Assembly (NCBI GenBank): GCA_951406725.2
Contig: OX597823.1
Coordinates: 19,902,001 to 19,966,000, forward strand
DNA length: 64,000 bases
Source of the DNA: Octopus vulgaris
Lineage: Eukaryota
Direction of reading: 5' to 3'
The translations under genes and the position numbers were made by a program. This document shows, piece by piece, positions 52,131-64,000 of the stretch; the first letter of the stretch is position 1, and each line of letters starts with the position of its first letter. Below the pieces are notes generated by a model, which was given only the letters and a program-made list of their open reading frames with translations, made no database searches and was not told the origin of the DNA.

Positions 52131-52897
52131 CACTTATATGCATTTATCCTCTTCATAAATTATTGTATCGACCGTGCGATATACTAAAGGAGCCATTCTC
52201 GTCACCTCTCCTTCGCACGGTCGTTTACAAGCGCATATGTTGTGTAAATCTCCCTTGAAAACATTGACTGTAAGTCCCGTGTATTCTCTCAGGATACCAT
52301 CAGGTAGGTAATGGTCGACCTTTAGAGTAGGTGCTTAGAAACATTTTTTTTTGGAACTGATACGTTAATGAATTCATTTAGAGCTATCCTTGGCAACATT
52401 CCATCATAAAACACCTAACCTTTTCCATTGAACAGAGATGTAGGACGAAATGAATGTATTAACGATACCCTTTCCTCGTTACAAGCACTAGTTATCTGGC
52501 AAGCACCAGTTATATATCACGGTCGTTTCTTCTAACGCTAATTGCAACATATGCACCAGTACACTAGGAACACTGGGGCAGTGTTTTCTATCTTGTATGA
52601 GATAACATTGTCGCCTGGGACCCTTTTAAATTTTGCCTTCTTCACAGACATCTCGAGTTGTGTGTGTGTGTGTGTGTTATTCGGCTATGAAATTACGTGA
52701 TTCAAAACTCAAGAGTATCGTACGTTGCACCAATCAAGTTTGAAATTCTCACTCCTTGAATCACTTACGTAATCTTACAGTTGAATAACAAAAATATATG
52801 CTCTTATGTATTGAGTGCCGTTTCTCCGCTTTCTTCCAGCAAACTTGTATGTAAGAGTGTGTATATACATGTATGTATGTATGTATATATATATATC

Positions 52898-53113
52898 AGG
52901 GCGGCGTGGTGGCAGAATCGTTAGCACGCTGAGTGACATGCTTAGCGCTATTTCGTCTGTCTTTATGTTCTAAGTTCAAATTCCACCGTGGTCGACTTTG
53001 CTTTTCATCCTTTCGAGGTCGATTAAATAAGTAACAGTTACGCACTGGGGTAGATGTAATTGACTTAATTCCTTGTTTGTCCCCTCTATGTTTAGCATTC
53101 TGTGGGCAATAAA
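52898..53113 (+). mobile_element. SINE family B
   Basis: Colinear with the B consensus, with a small deletion. Confidence 0.88.
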
Positions 53114-53149
53114 TAAATATATGTATATGTGTGTATATATATATATGTA

Positions 53150-53187
<38 letters not shown>

Positions 53188-53270
53188 AGAGAGAGATTAC
53201 ATACACACATGCGTTCATATGGACGCCGATTTGTGTCGAGCCGATGAGATAAAATTCAGTTTCAATAAGC

Positions 53271-53316
<46 letters not shown>

Positions 53317-53350
53317 ATGTACAAACATGCATACATGTATATATACACAG

Positions 53351-53383
<33 letters not shown>

Positions 53384-53475
53384 CATACAAATGCATACAT
53401 AATATAAAGTTATGCAGGTTAACTGAATTAAAAACAGCACGAGGCATGTATCTAAAATTTGTATACACACACACA

Positions 53476-53535
<60 letters not shown>

Positions 53536-54095
53536 GTCCATACTTAAATACGTATATTTGTGTGTGTCTGTGTATATATATATATATATATATATACATG
53601 TGTATGTGTATATATATATATATGCATATATATAAACGTATATACATACATATATATATATATATATACACACTCATACACACACGCGCGCATTCATGTA
53701 AACACATACAAACACACGGTGACTAAACTGTATGGTTCTATTATTACTCTGAATGGGATATTTGGGCGTAAGAGATTTTGGTTCTTTGTCGATGTTGTTA
53801 TTGTTGTTAATGTGTGTGTGTGTGTGTGTGTTGTTGTTGTTGTTGTTGTTGTTGTGTTTATTGTTTGTTTCACATTGATATAAACAGTGACGTAAATTAC
53901 TAGACTAAGGGTGAGGCTGTATGTGTAAGTGTGTGTGTGTGTGGGGGGAAGGAGGAATAGGAGGAGGAGGAGTTGAAGTAGGAGGAGGAGGAGGTATAGG
54001 AGGAGTTGCTGACATGTTGAGAGTTTATGTATGTATACGCGTGCGTGTGAGTGTGTGTGTGTAGTCCTAGGTATTTACATGTGTGTGTATGTGTT

Positions 54096-54149
<54 letters not shown>

Positions 54150-54214
54150 GTTTTGAATATTTGAACATTTGAACGAGTGGTCATGTTCATAGACGGGAAT
54201 ACGTAGCGCTGAGG

Positions 54215-54800
54215 GTTTATGTGTGTGCGAATGTGTGTATATATGTGTGTGTTAGTGCGTGTATGGATGTGTTTATGTGTGCGCGAATGTGTGTTAGTGC
54301 ATGTATGGATCTGTTTATGTGTGTGCGAATGTGTGTGTATATGTGTGTGTTAGTGCGTGTATGGATGTGTTTATGTGTGTGCGAATGTGTGTGTATATGT
54401 GTGTGCGTTAGTGTGTGTATGGATCTGTTTATGTGTGTGCGAATGTGTGTGTCTATGTGTGTGTTAGTGCGTGTATGGATCTGTTTATGTGTGTGCGAAT
54501 GTGTGTATATATATATGTGTGCGTTAGTGTGTGTATGGATGTGTGCGAATGTGTGTATATATATATATATATGTGTGCGTTAGTGTGAGTATGGATGTGT
54601 TTATGTGTGTGCGAATGTGTGTGTATATGTGTGCATTAGTGTGTGTATGGATGTGTGCGAATGTGTGTATATATATGTGTGCGTTAGTGTGAGTATGGAT
54701 GTGTTTATGTGTTTGCGAATGTGTGTATATATATGTGTGCGTTAGTGTGTGTGTGGATATGTTTACGTGTGTGTGCGTGTGTGTGCGAATGTGTGTGTAT
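54215..54800. repeat. Degenerate minisatellite, unit about 40-56 bp, built on (TG)n
   Basis: Recurring gtgcgaatgtgtg...gttagtg.gtgtatggat.tgtttat. Confidence 0.9.
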
Positions 54801-55324
54801 ATATATGCGTGTGTTTATGTGTGTGTGTGTATGTGTTTATGTGTGTGTGTTTGCGCGAAAGTGTGTATAAATGTGTGTGTTCGTGCTTCTGTGTGTGTGT
54901 GTGCGTGTTTCTGTGCGAATGTATGTATGTGTGTGTTTGTGTGTGTGTGTGTGTGTGAATGTGTTTCTGTGTGTGCGTGTTTATGTGTTCGCGTGTGTGT
55001 AGATGCGTTTGGGTGTGTGTGCGTGTTTGTTTACGTATGTATATATGTCTGCGTACGTGTGTGTGTGTGTGTGTGTGTGTGTATGAACGTATTGTCATGT
55101 GCATTTATGTGAATATATGGCTGTGTATGCGTGGTGGTGTTGGTGAACGCGTGGACGTGTTCTTGTATTTGTAACTGGCCAAGTAATTTAAGGAAGAATG
55201 ATTATGATTTTGAATAAGTGCGTATATGTGTGTGTATGTGTGTATGTATGCATATAATGTTAATATGGAATGGTAACTTATATATATGTATGCATGTCTG
55301 TTGTGTATGTATGTGTGTATTCGT

Positions 55325-55707
55325 TTACTCTTTTACTTGTTTCAGTCATTTGACTGCGGCCATGCTGGAGCACTGCCTTTAGTCGAACAAATCGACCCCA
55401 CAACTTATTCTTTGCAAGCGTAGTACTCATCCTATCGGTCTCTTATGCCTAACCGTTAAGTTACGGGAACATAAACACACCAACATTGGTCGTCAAGCGA
55501 TGGTTGGGGTGTCAAACACAGACACACAAACACGCACACACATGTATATATACGACGGGCTTCTTCCAGTTTCCGTCGACCAAATTCATTCACAAGGCTC
55601 TGATCGGCTATAGTAGAAGATATGTGTCCAAAGTGCCACGCAGTGGGACTGAACCCGGAACCATGTGGTTGGTTAGCAAGCTACTTACCACACAGCCACT
55701 CCTGCGC
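55325..55707 (-). mobile_element. SINE family A, full length
   Basis: Colinear with the A consensus. Confidence 0.9.
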
Positions 55708-55708
55708 A

Positions 55709-55876
55709 TATGTATGTCATTGTTCAGTTTTATTTCAAGATTCCTTGCCAATAGAGAAAGAACCGGTTTCTAACCTAGATCCAAGGCTCCTTTATTGGAA
55801 TTTCAACATTAACAACAGCGTATTTTTGTTTCTTTCTATGTATGTATGTATGTATGTATGTATGTATGTATGTATG

Positions 55877-55910
<34 letters not shown>

Positions 55911-56752
55911 TGTATGTATGTATGTATGTATATATGTATGTATCTAATCATATCTGTCGGGTATGTGGAAGAGAGTGTAATTCGGCAGGAGGACTTAAAC
56001 GACATGCAAAGGTACATGGAGCCCAGTTACAACTACAGCCGGCTATTGCCGGTAAAGGTTTTAGTTGCCAATTCTGTACAAGACATTGTAGATCTTTAGC
56101 TGGGCTAAGAGGTCACATTCGATCACAGCACCAATAACAGTTAAGCTTCGTGCAATGGCCATACTCGATAACGAGGAGGCAGCCGTCATGTATGTATGTA
56201 TAGATAGATATACATGTGTATGTAAGTATGTATGTATGTATGTATGTATGTATGTATGTATGTATGTATGTATGTATGTATGTATGTATTTTTGTATGTA
56301 TGTATGTATGTATGTATGTATGTATGTATGTATGTATGTATGTATGTATGTATGTATGTATCTATGTATGTATGTATACAGATTTATATGCTTTGCATTA
56401 TATATGTATTCTCATGCATATAGTTGCATATCTAGACATGCTCATATATATTTAAATGATAAACTTCTGGAAAGTTTTATAGATTTTTACAGTTCCAGTG
56501 ATGGATTGCATATGAAGTCTTCGAATTAGCTTTCTCCTTTCTGGTTTTGAGAAACCTAATTTCTCAAGATTGGTATTTAGGCAGTGTGTGCTACCTATCT
56601 CAGGACCCCAATAATTACAGGTATAAACCTGAACTTGTAATCTGGATAGAGTAACTGCAGACTTCTCAATAGTTCAGCCTAGTTATACTCTTTTTCATTG
56701 ATCTTCAGCTTTATGTTAACATCCGCTGGGCAGCTAATTTCCACAACTGTAC
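55709..56752 (-). mobile_element. Second R4/Dong-like copy, interrupted by an RTE-like 3' end
   Basis: Aligns to 11303-11904 and extends further: TVVEISCPADVNIKLKINEKEYN*AELLRSLQLLYPDYKFRFIPVI. Confidence 0.75.
55944..56188 (+). mobile_element. LINE 3' end (RTE-like) encoding two C2H2-type zinc fingers, in (TATG)n
   Basis: HICRVCGRECNSAGGLKRHAKVH...FSCQFCTRHCRSLAGLRGHIRSQHQ*, then a short UTR and (TATG)n; no upstream coding context. Confidence 0.65.
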
Positions 56753-56849
56753 ATGGCCGCAGTCATGTGACTGAAACAAATAAAAGAATATATATATATA
56801 TAAGTACTCCATCTGGCTAGAGATAAATATTATTTATTCAAAGGACCTT

Positions 56850-57241
56850 GCTAACCAACCACATGGTTCTGGGTTCAGTCCCACTGCGTGGCATCTTGGG
56901 CAAGTGTCTTCTGCTATAGCCCCGGGCTGACCAATGCCTTGTGAGTGGATTTGGTAGACGGAAACTGAAAGAAGCCTGTCGTATATATGTATATATATAT
57001 ATATATGTGTGTATGTGTGTGTGTGTGTTTGTGTGTCTGTGTTTGTCCCTCTAGCATTGCTTGACAACCGATGCTGGTGTGTTTACGTCCCCGTCACTTA
57101 GCGGTTCGGCAAAAGAGACCGATAGAATAAGTACAGGGCTTACAAAAGTATAAGTCCCGGGGTCGATTTGCTCGACTAAAGGCGGTGCTCCAGCATGGCC
57201 GCAGTCAAATGACTGAAACAAGTAAAAGAGTAAAAGAGTAA
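56850..57241 (+). mobile_element. SINE family A lacking the first 30 bp or so
   Basis: From the B-box region through the AAAAGAGT tail. Confidence 0.92.
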
Positions 57242-57901
57242 TACATGTTTTTAAGTGCTACTAATAGTTTCATATGCTGAGAAATACCTCAAACATATTC
57301 ATCAGGCATAAACCACATATAATGAACTAAAAAAAAAAACTGAATAAAAGAAGAAACGCGAAGAAAAACTCAGAAGCCAACGTATAGTATATGTATGAAT
57401 GTAAGCCTGTCTGTATATATATTAGCTATTAGCGACAGAAGCACCTTTTGTAACGGATGTTAATAAGCACATACAACCTAATTTGGATGTATTGTTTATA
57501 ATGCCTTTGACTGCTGTAATCTAAGTTTGGTTGGATGTGCTTATTAATTAATATTCGTTACAAAACCTGCTTCTGTCGCTAACAGCTAATTTATACACAT
57601 CCCGCCGGCTTTCCATGACTACAATGGCTGTCGGGCTAGTATTATTCGTTATCAGTTTGACTGATTCTCTTTCTGACTGACATTCGGCTTGACTAGCTGC
57701 CACCGAGGATCCACAAGACGTGGAAATCTCGTGGCACGGTAGTGCCATCTGTCGGTGTAGTGACGGAATTTCACTTACCGATAATAGAATTACGATGCCT
57801 TTTAGCATTTGTCGTCTACATGAAATGGTTTTCGGGACGTTTACAACAATCTAAGGAGTTATAAATTATGTATCCAAGTTAAGTTGGATATCATTATATA
57901 T

Positions 57902-58302
57902 ACTAGCAGTATCGCCCGGCGTTGCTCGGGTTTGTAAGGGAAATAACTATATTAGCATTTTTAGAGAGTTATAGCCAAAAAATAGGAAAAAAATGCCTTA
58001 AAAATGGAAAAAAAATGAAGGTAAATTTTTTTTTTTAAATCGTTGACACATCGTAGATATTTTTAGAGAGTTACTTCCCTTATATAATAGCGAAAAATAT
58101 GCATTAAAATGGAAAAATATGATGGTAAATTTTTTTAAATCGTAGACTCATCGTAGACGCGCGCTAATACCCAGAAGGGCTCGATATGACTCACGACTAT
58201 AAGATACCCGGTTTTGGTTACACTGCACCGCAAAATGTGGGAGTAGTTACGAATCTAAATCGTAGGAGACAGACACACAACTTCAGTTTTATATATAAAG
58301 AT
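57902..58302 (-). mobile_element. Non-autonomous Helitron-like element
   Basis: The minus-strand end cccgagcaacgccgggcgatactgCTAGT is a hairpin plus CTAG; related to 37103. Confidence 0.65.
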
Positions 58303-58409
58303 ATAAATCACGTAGTTATATACACATACTTTGTTATATACACATTCTTAAAAGAAAATGTTATTTTGAACACAACATTTATAAAGAATAAAATATTTTT
58401 TGGTTTTTC

Positions 58410-59080
58410 TTAACCCTTTCGTTACTATATTTCTGACCAAAATACACCCCTTATGTGTTTCAATTATTTTCTAACGTAATCATAAATTTAGTCTGGTTTC
58501 ATTAAACAACAATAACTTTTTTATTTATCAATATATTAATCTGGTTTTTGGAAGATAATTTAATGAAATATTCTCAACAAATTCTATACTATAATTTTTG
58601 TCACAAAGTGACTCTAATTGCAGGTAGATACAGGTAAATTCAACGATATATAAAATTATTAAAATTTTGTTCAAACATCGCTATAGAAAATGGGTTATTA
58701 GCTAATATTCAGTTGGGTATACAACAAAATTTTACGATAGAATTTGTTATTCTGGGTAACTTTCTGATACCCATAATAATATTTATGGCAAAATAGGCCT
58801 TAATTTCATTTAAGGTTGTGGGAAATAACAAACTATCCTTTCTTTCGTTTTGTTTACATTTTAGCGTAACAGTTCGTTTCCGCCGTAATGATTTCAAATA
58901 GGCTCATTCGAAAAAGTAAAAAGAAATAGTTTAAGGCTTTACTCTTCTGGGAAAGTCTGTGGCTTGGTGCAGTTTCTTCAGAAAAATCACCGAAAGAAAC
59001 AGTTTTTAAATTTTCACTCCATTCAGGTGCCAATTCATTTTCTTAATCGCTGTCGGATTCACTGTTTTCACTTTAATCGT
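58410..59080 (-). mobile_element. piggyBac-like remnant
   Basis: TTAA|CCCTTT terminus at 58410-58419; ORF 58709-58897 has TTLNEIKAYFAINIIMGIRKLPRI, resembling the piggyBac E...F.G....MG..KLP motif. Right boundary uncertain. Confidence 0.7.
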
Positions 59081-59479
59081 TGCAAACTTGCAAAGAGAAA
59101 GGAGAAATTAGAGTGATAGCATCAGTGAAACAGTTCGCTCCGTTTGTGTGTGTGCGTTTGCGTGTGCTGTAGCCCACACTAAGAAAAGCATTTGACATAT
59201 ACACCACAATGTGAGTTTTCTCTAAATTTTGCTTAATTGGGGTTGAAATTTTAAAAACTGGACCTGGCACGACCCGATGCATTCTACTCTTAAAAATGCT
59301 AGGTAAATTGTAATTGAAGAAATCCTATATTGTAGATTTCTATAAGATACAAAGGGAGGCAGATAAAATCTGCCTTTTATAATAAGAGATATATATATTT
59401 GTAAAAACGGTAAGATAACAAAAGAAAGAAAGAGACCTCAATATTATGTAAATAGAGAAATTTATCTGTAAAATAATAG

Positions 59480-59748
<269 letters not shown>

Positions 59749-59923
59749 GTGCTTGTGTGTATCTCCTATGTAAAATGCACTTGTGTGTGTGTTCGTTTTT
59801 CACGCAAAAGCGGCTGCACAAATTGTTTCCATACTTAGGGTGCATGAATAATTTGACCTCGAATACTAATTAGGCTCTTCAGTTTACTTTTCTTTTATAT
59901 CAAAAGTAAATAATATTGCTTTT

Positions 59924-60170
59924 GTGGAGGCACATGGCCTAGTGGTTAGAGCAGCAGACGCGCGGTTGAGGGATCGTGGATTCGAATCTCAGACCGGGTG
60001 ACGTGAGTGTTTATAAGTGAGTCATCTAAGCTCCACGCGGCTCAGACAGAAGGTAATGGCGAACTTCTGCTGACTCTTTCGTGACAACTTTCTCTCACTC
60101 TTTCCTCCTGCATCTAGCAGCTCACTTGCGACAGACCGGCGTCCCGTCCAGGTGGGGAACCTATACGCCA
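59924..60170 (+). mobile_element. SINE group C variant (body X plus tail 3)
   Basis: gtggaggcacatggcctagtggttagagc...ggattcgaatctc; caactttctctcactctt; ggcgtcccgtccaggtggggaac. Confidence 0.85.
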
Positions 60171-60181
60171 ATATATATATG

Positions 60182-60222
<41 letters not shown>

Positions 60223-60225
<3 letters not shown>

Positions 60226-60592
60226 AGCAGGAGTGTCTGTGTGGTAAGTAACTTGCTTATCGACCGCATGGTTCCGGGTTCAGTCCCGCTGCGTGGCACC
60301 TTGGGCAAGTATCTTCTGCTATAGCCTCTGGCGGACCAAAGCCTTGTGGGTAAATTTGATACACTGAAACTGAAAGAAGCCTGTCGTTTATATGTTTGTG
60401 TGTTTGTATTCCCACCATCGCTTGACAACCGATATTGGTGCCTTTACGTCTCCGTAATCTAGCGGTTTTGGCAAAAGAGACCAACAGAATAAGTACTAGG
60501 CTTACAACAAAGAATAAGTCCTGGGGTGGATTTGTTCGACTAAAGGCAGTGCTCCAGCATGGCCGCAGTGAAATTACTGAAACAAATAAAAG

Positions 60593-60595
<3 letters not shown>
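60223..60595 (+). mobile_element. SINE family A, full length
   Basis: Colinear with the A consensus. Confidence 0.9.
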
Positions 60596-60647
<52 letters not shown>

Positions 60648-60653
<6 letters not shown>

Positions 60654-60917
60654 ACCACGTGACCGACCAGGCCATCAGATATTGTTACACATCGCTGATC
60701 ACAATGCGCTTCGCGTTGTTTTAGCCTTCAATGACGCCACCCCGCTGGCCAACAGAAGAAAGAATGAGAGAATGTTGTGGTGAAAGAGTACAGCCGGAGC
60801 CTCGTGGAGCTTGAGGCGTTTTCGCTCAATAAACACTCACAATACCCGGTCCGGGAATCGAAACCGCGATCCTACAACCGCGAGTGCGCTACCCTAACCA
60901 CTGGGCTAATGCGCCTC
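60648..60917 (-). mobile_element. SINE group C (body X plus tail 2) with deletions
   Basis: Aligns to 49951-50254. Confidence 0.9.
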
Positions 60918-61004
60918 TAACGTAAACATTCATCAAGGCTGACATAAACACACAGACTGACGTAAGTTCATGTACTCAGGCAAAACAGCAAACACACACA
61001 CATA

Positions 61005-61050
<46 letters not shown>

Positions 61051-61295
61051 CACACATCCACAGATTCTTCTCACAAACAGAATGAGACCAGCACACAGGT
61101 ATATACACACATGTACACACGTACACACACACATACACACGCATGCACACACACACACCCACACACAAATTCACATACACACACACCCACACACTGCAGC
61201 AGAACTTACACATAGACGCACATTCACAGAGTCTTCTCACAAACAGAATAAGAGCAGCATACAAGTGTATACACACATGTACACACGTACACACC

Positions 61296-61334
<39 letters not shown>

Positions 61335-61575
61335 TCAAACACACACACCCAAACACACACACACCCACACACACACACACGCCTTCTTTCTCCCTGGAAC
61401 CCTCTCAAACCTCGTTCATCAGTTCTGACGTTAGATTCTTATCAGCCCAAGATTAATTCACATTGATTTATTATATATTAAAATATCTTCATATTTTGAA
61501 GCCTGAGGCGGTGTGCTGGGATGCTGGAAGGTTTATTTTATTTTTTGTTTTCGTAGATGAACAAACAGATAAAAG

Positions 61576-61619
<44 letters not shown>

Positions 61620-61839
61620 AATGTATGTGTATACGAATGTTTGTGTGTATGCGTAGAGAGATAGACAGATGCAGATATACAGATTATGAGCACATGTATA
61701 GAAGTACACACCATTATTTGGCAGATACTAACATATACATACATATACGTATAAAGAAATGTACGCTCTAAAAGATACAAACACACCCGCGCAAACACAC
61801 ACACATACGCCTTCTCCCACCGCAAATGTATATGTATAT

Positions 61840-61928
<89 letters not shown>

Positions 61929-61929
<1 letters not shown>

Positions 61930-62061
61930 TTCTTTACTACCCACAAGGGGCTAAACACAGAGGGGATAAACAAGGACAGACAAACAGATTAAGTCGATTA
62001 CATCGACCCAAGTGCGTAACTGGTAGTTAATTTATCGACCTCGAAAGGATGAAAGGCAAAG

Positions 62062-62064
<3 letters not shown>
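61929..62064 (-). mobile_element. SINE family B, 3' part
   Basis: tttctttactacccacaaggggctaaac...gaaaggcaaagtcga. Confidence 0.88.
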
Positions 62065-62123
<59 letters not shown>

Positions 62124-62423
62124 AATTGAGATAGGGGTTGTAAATGCAACCCTCCATGGGATAATATATATCCAATAAACTGCTAGTGAAGTACCCAACA
62201 AAGTAGTAATTTTCCTTATGACATAAATACACTATTGGATTTGAATTTAAATTATCATTGTCTTCCTCACGGTTGGTTCGCCGAGAGCTGCCCGACCTCC
62301 ACCACTTATAATTACTTATACTTATATTCTCTTTTTTATATATATTCTACTTATTATACAACATTACTCTTTTATGTACACTTTTTTTTATGTACACTGA
62401 TTTGTTCTGCTTTTTTATGTTTA

Positions 62424-62474
<51 letters not shown>

Positions 62475-63039
62475 AATTAATAAATAAAACATATGCACAT
62501 ATACATACATATATGTACGTACCTACCTCTACATGTATATATACATGCATATATGGGTACAGGACACCAAAAAAACGTCGAACGCAATGGGAAACGAAAA
62601 CATAAACACAAAACCAAGGAAATGTACATTTCTTTTAAACAACGAAAAAATAGAGTACAGGGCATACAAAACAAGGAAAATTCCCCTTCTTCAGTCGCCT
62701 TAGTTTCATCTACTCCACGTTTCGAATGTCAAGGCGATACATGACTTTAATGAAACTTTCCTTCCCGCGAAAATCAAATTAAATAAAATTTGAGATTTTT
62801 TTGCGGAGGGGTAAAAATGGTAACAAAAACAGGACAGTAACGACAGTACAAAATATATACAGTAAAAGACAGGACACGGAGAATAACAGTAACACAAACA
62901 AGAAGGGCTGTGAAGCCATACGAGATAATTTTTTTTTACGAACGCTATATTTATACATACACACACACACACACACACACGTATATATATACACGGCCAC
63001 ACGCACATATATGTCTCTATGAATATGATGTATATGTCT

Positions 63040-63057
63040 ATATCTATCTATCAATCA

Positions 63058-63107
<50 letters not shown>

Positions 63108-63122
63108 TTTTCTATCTATCTA

Positions 63123-63221
<99 letters not shown>

Positions 63222-63285
63222 GCCTGTCTATCTATCTATATATCTGTCTTTCTGTCTATATGTCTGTCTGTCAGTCTGTCTGACC
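63040..63285. repeat. (TATC)n/(TGTC)n microsatellite
   Basis: Read directly. Confidence 0.95.
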
Positions 63286-63627
63286 GACTTTCTGACTATA
63301 TGCATGTATGAATACGTGTGTTTGTGCGCGTGTGTGTGTGTGAGTGAATGTGTGTGTATATGCATACAAACATAGATGTATCTAATTGTATTTGCATGTG
63401 TGTGCACGAACGCGCGTTTGTTTGTGTATGGACATTGTAAATATAATGATAATATTTGGGAGTGGGAAGAGGGCAAAATGTAGCAATATGCCCAATAAAA
63501 ACGAAAAATAGCTTAGTTTACAGAGCGATGATGTAATAATAAATGAAATGACTTCAGCAAAATGAGACTTTAAAAAGATAAAGTTACCCATATGAATATA
63601 TATGCATTGAAATAAATAAATATAAAA

Positions 63628-63691
<64 letters not shown>

Positions 63692-63694
<3 letters not shown>

Positions 63695-63972
63695 GAGGCG
63701 CAATGGCCCAGTGGTTAGGGTAGCGGACTCGCGGTCGGAGATTCGCGGTTTCGATTCCCAGACCGGGCGTTGTGTGTGTTTATTGAAAAGCTCCATGAGG
63801 CTCCGGCAGGGGATTTTGATCCCTGCTGTACTCTTTCACCACTGTTTCTCCCACTCTTTCCTCTGTTAGCCTGCTCGCTTAGCCAGCAGGGTGGCTAAAA
63901 CAATGCGAACGCATTGTGACCAGCGATGTGTAACAACATCTGATGGTCTGGTCGGTCACGTGATCACGTGAT
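63692..63972 (+). mobile_element. SINE group C (body X plus tail 2)
   Basis: gtggaggcgcaatggcccagtggttaggg...ggtttcgattcc; tail 2 ends in cacgtgatcacgtgat. Confidence 0.92.
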
Positions 63973-64000
63973 ATATATATATATGTATATATATATGTAT

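Noticed and set aside
55944-56137. Host C2H2 zinc-finger gene exon
   Set aside because: No TGEKP linkers; short UTR plus tandem tail; nested within another retroelement's microsatellite. It fits a LINE C-terminus better.
63692-63765. Genuine tRNA genes at SINE heads
   Set aside because: The heads run into shared SINE bodies, lack a clean acceptor stem and are diverged multicopy sequences.

Overview
This is an AT-rich, extremely microsatellite-dense eukaryotic window that looks intronic or intergenic. I could not support any intact host gene. The repeat repertoire resembles what I recall of octopus (coleoid cephalopod) genomes; that assignment is inference. Contents: (1) about 40 copies or fragments of three tRNA-headed SINE groups, labelled A, B and C here; (2) decayed Penelope-like elements (PLEs) with GIY-YIG and RT remnants and minimal hammerhead-ribozyme-like termini; (3) R4/Dong-like, RTE-like and L1/Tx1-like LINE fragments; (4) a DD37D-type Tc1/mariner transposase pseudogene, other mariner ends, a piggyBac remnant and non-autonomous Helitron-like elements; (5) a 13-bp satellite with an internal inversion, a 90-bp junction tandem repeat and several long near-perfect palindromes. 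Best leads: variant hammerhead motifs with compensatory stem changes; SINE-B inserting into its own internal GGTATTTCGTCT motif; combinatorial module swapping among the group C SINEs; the long foldbacks as possible dsRNA/ADAR substrates; and a unique-sequence island carrying two octamer and several Sox motifs. Nearly all supplied ORFs are microsatellite or SINE translation artefacts. Coordinates were counted by eye, and element edges may be off by a few bases.
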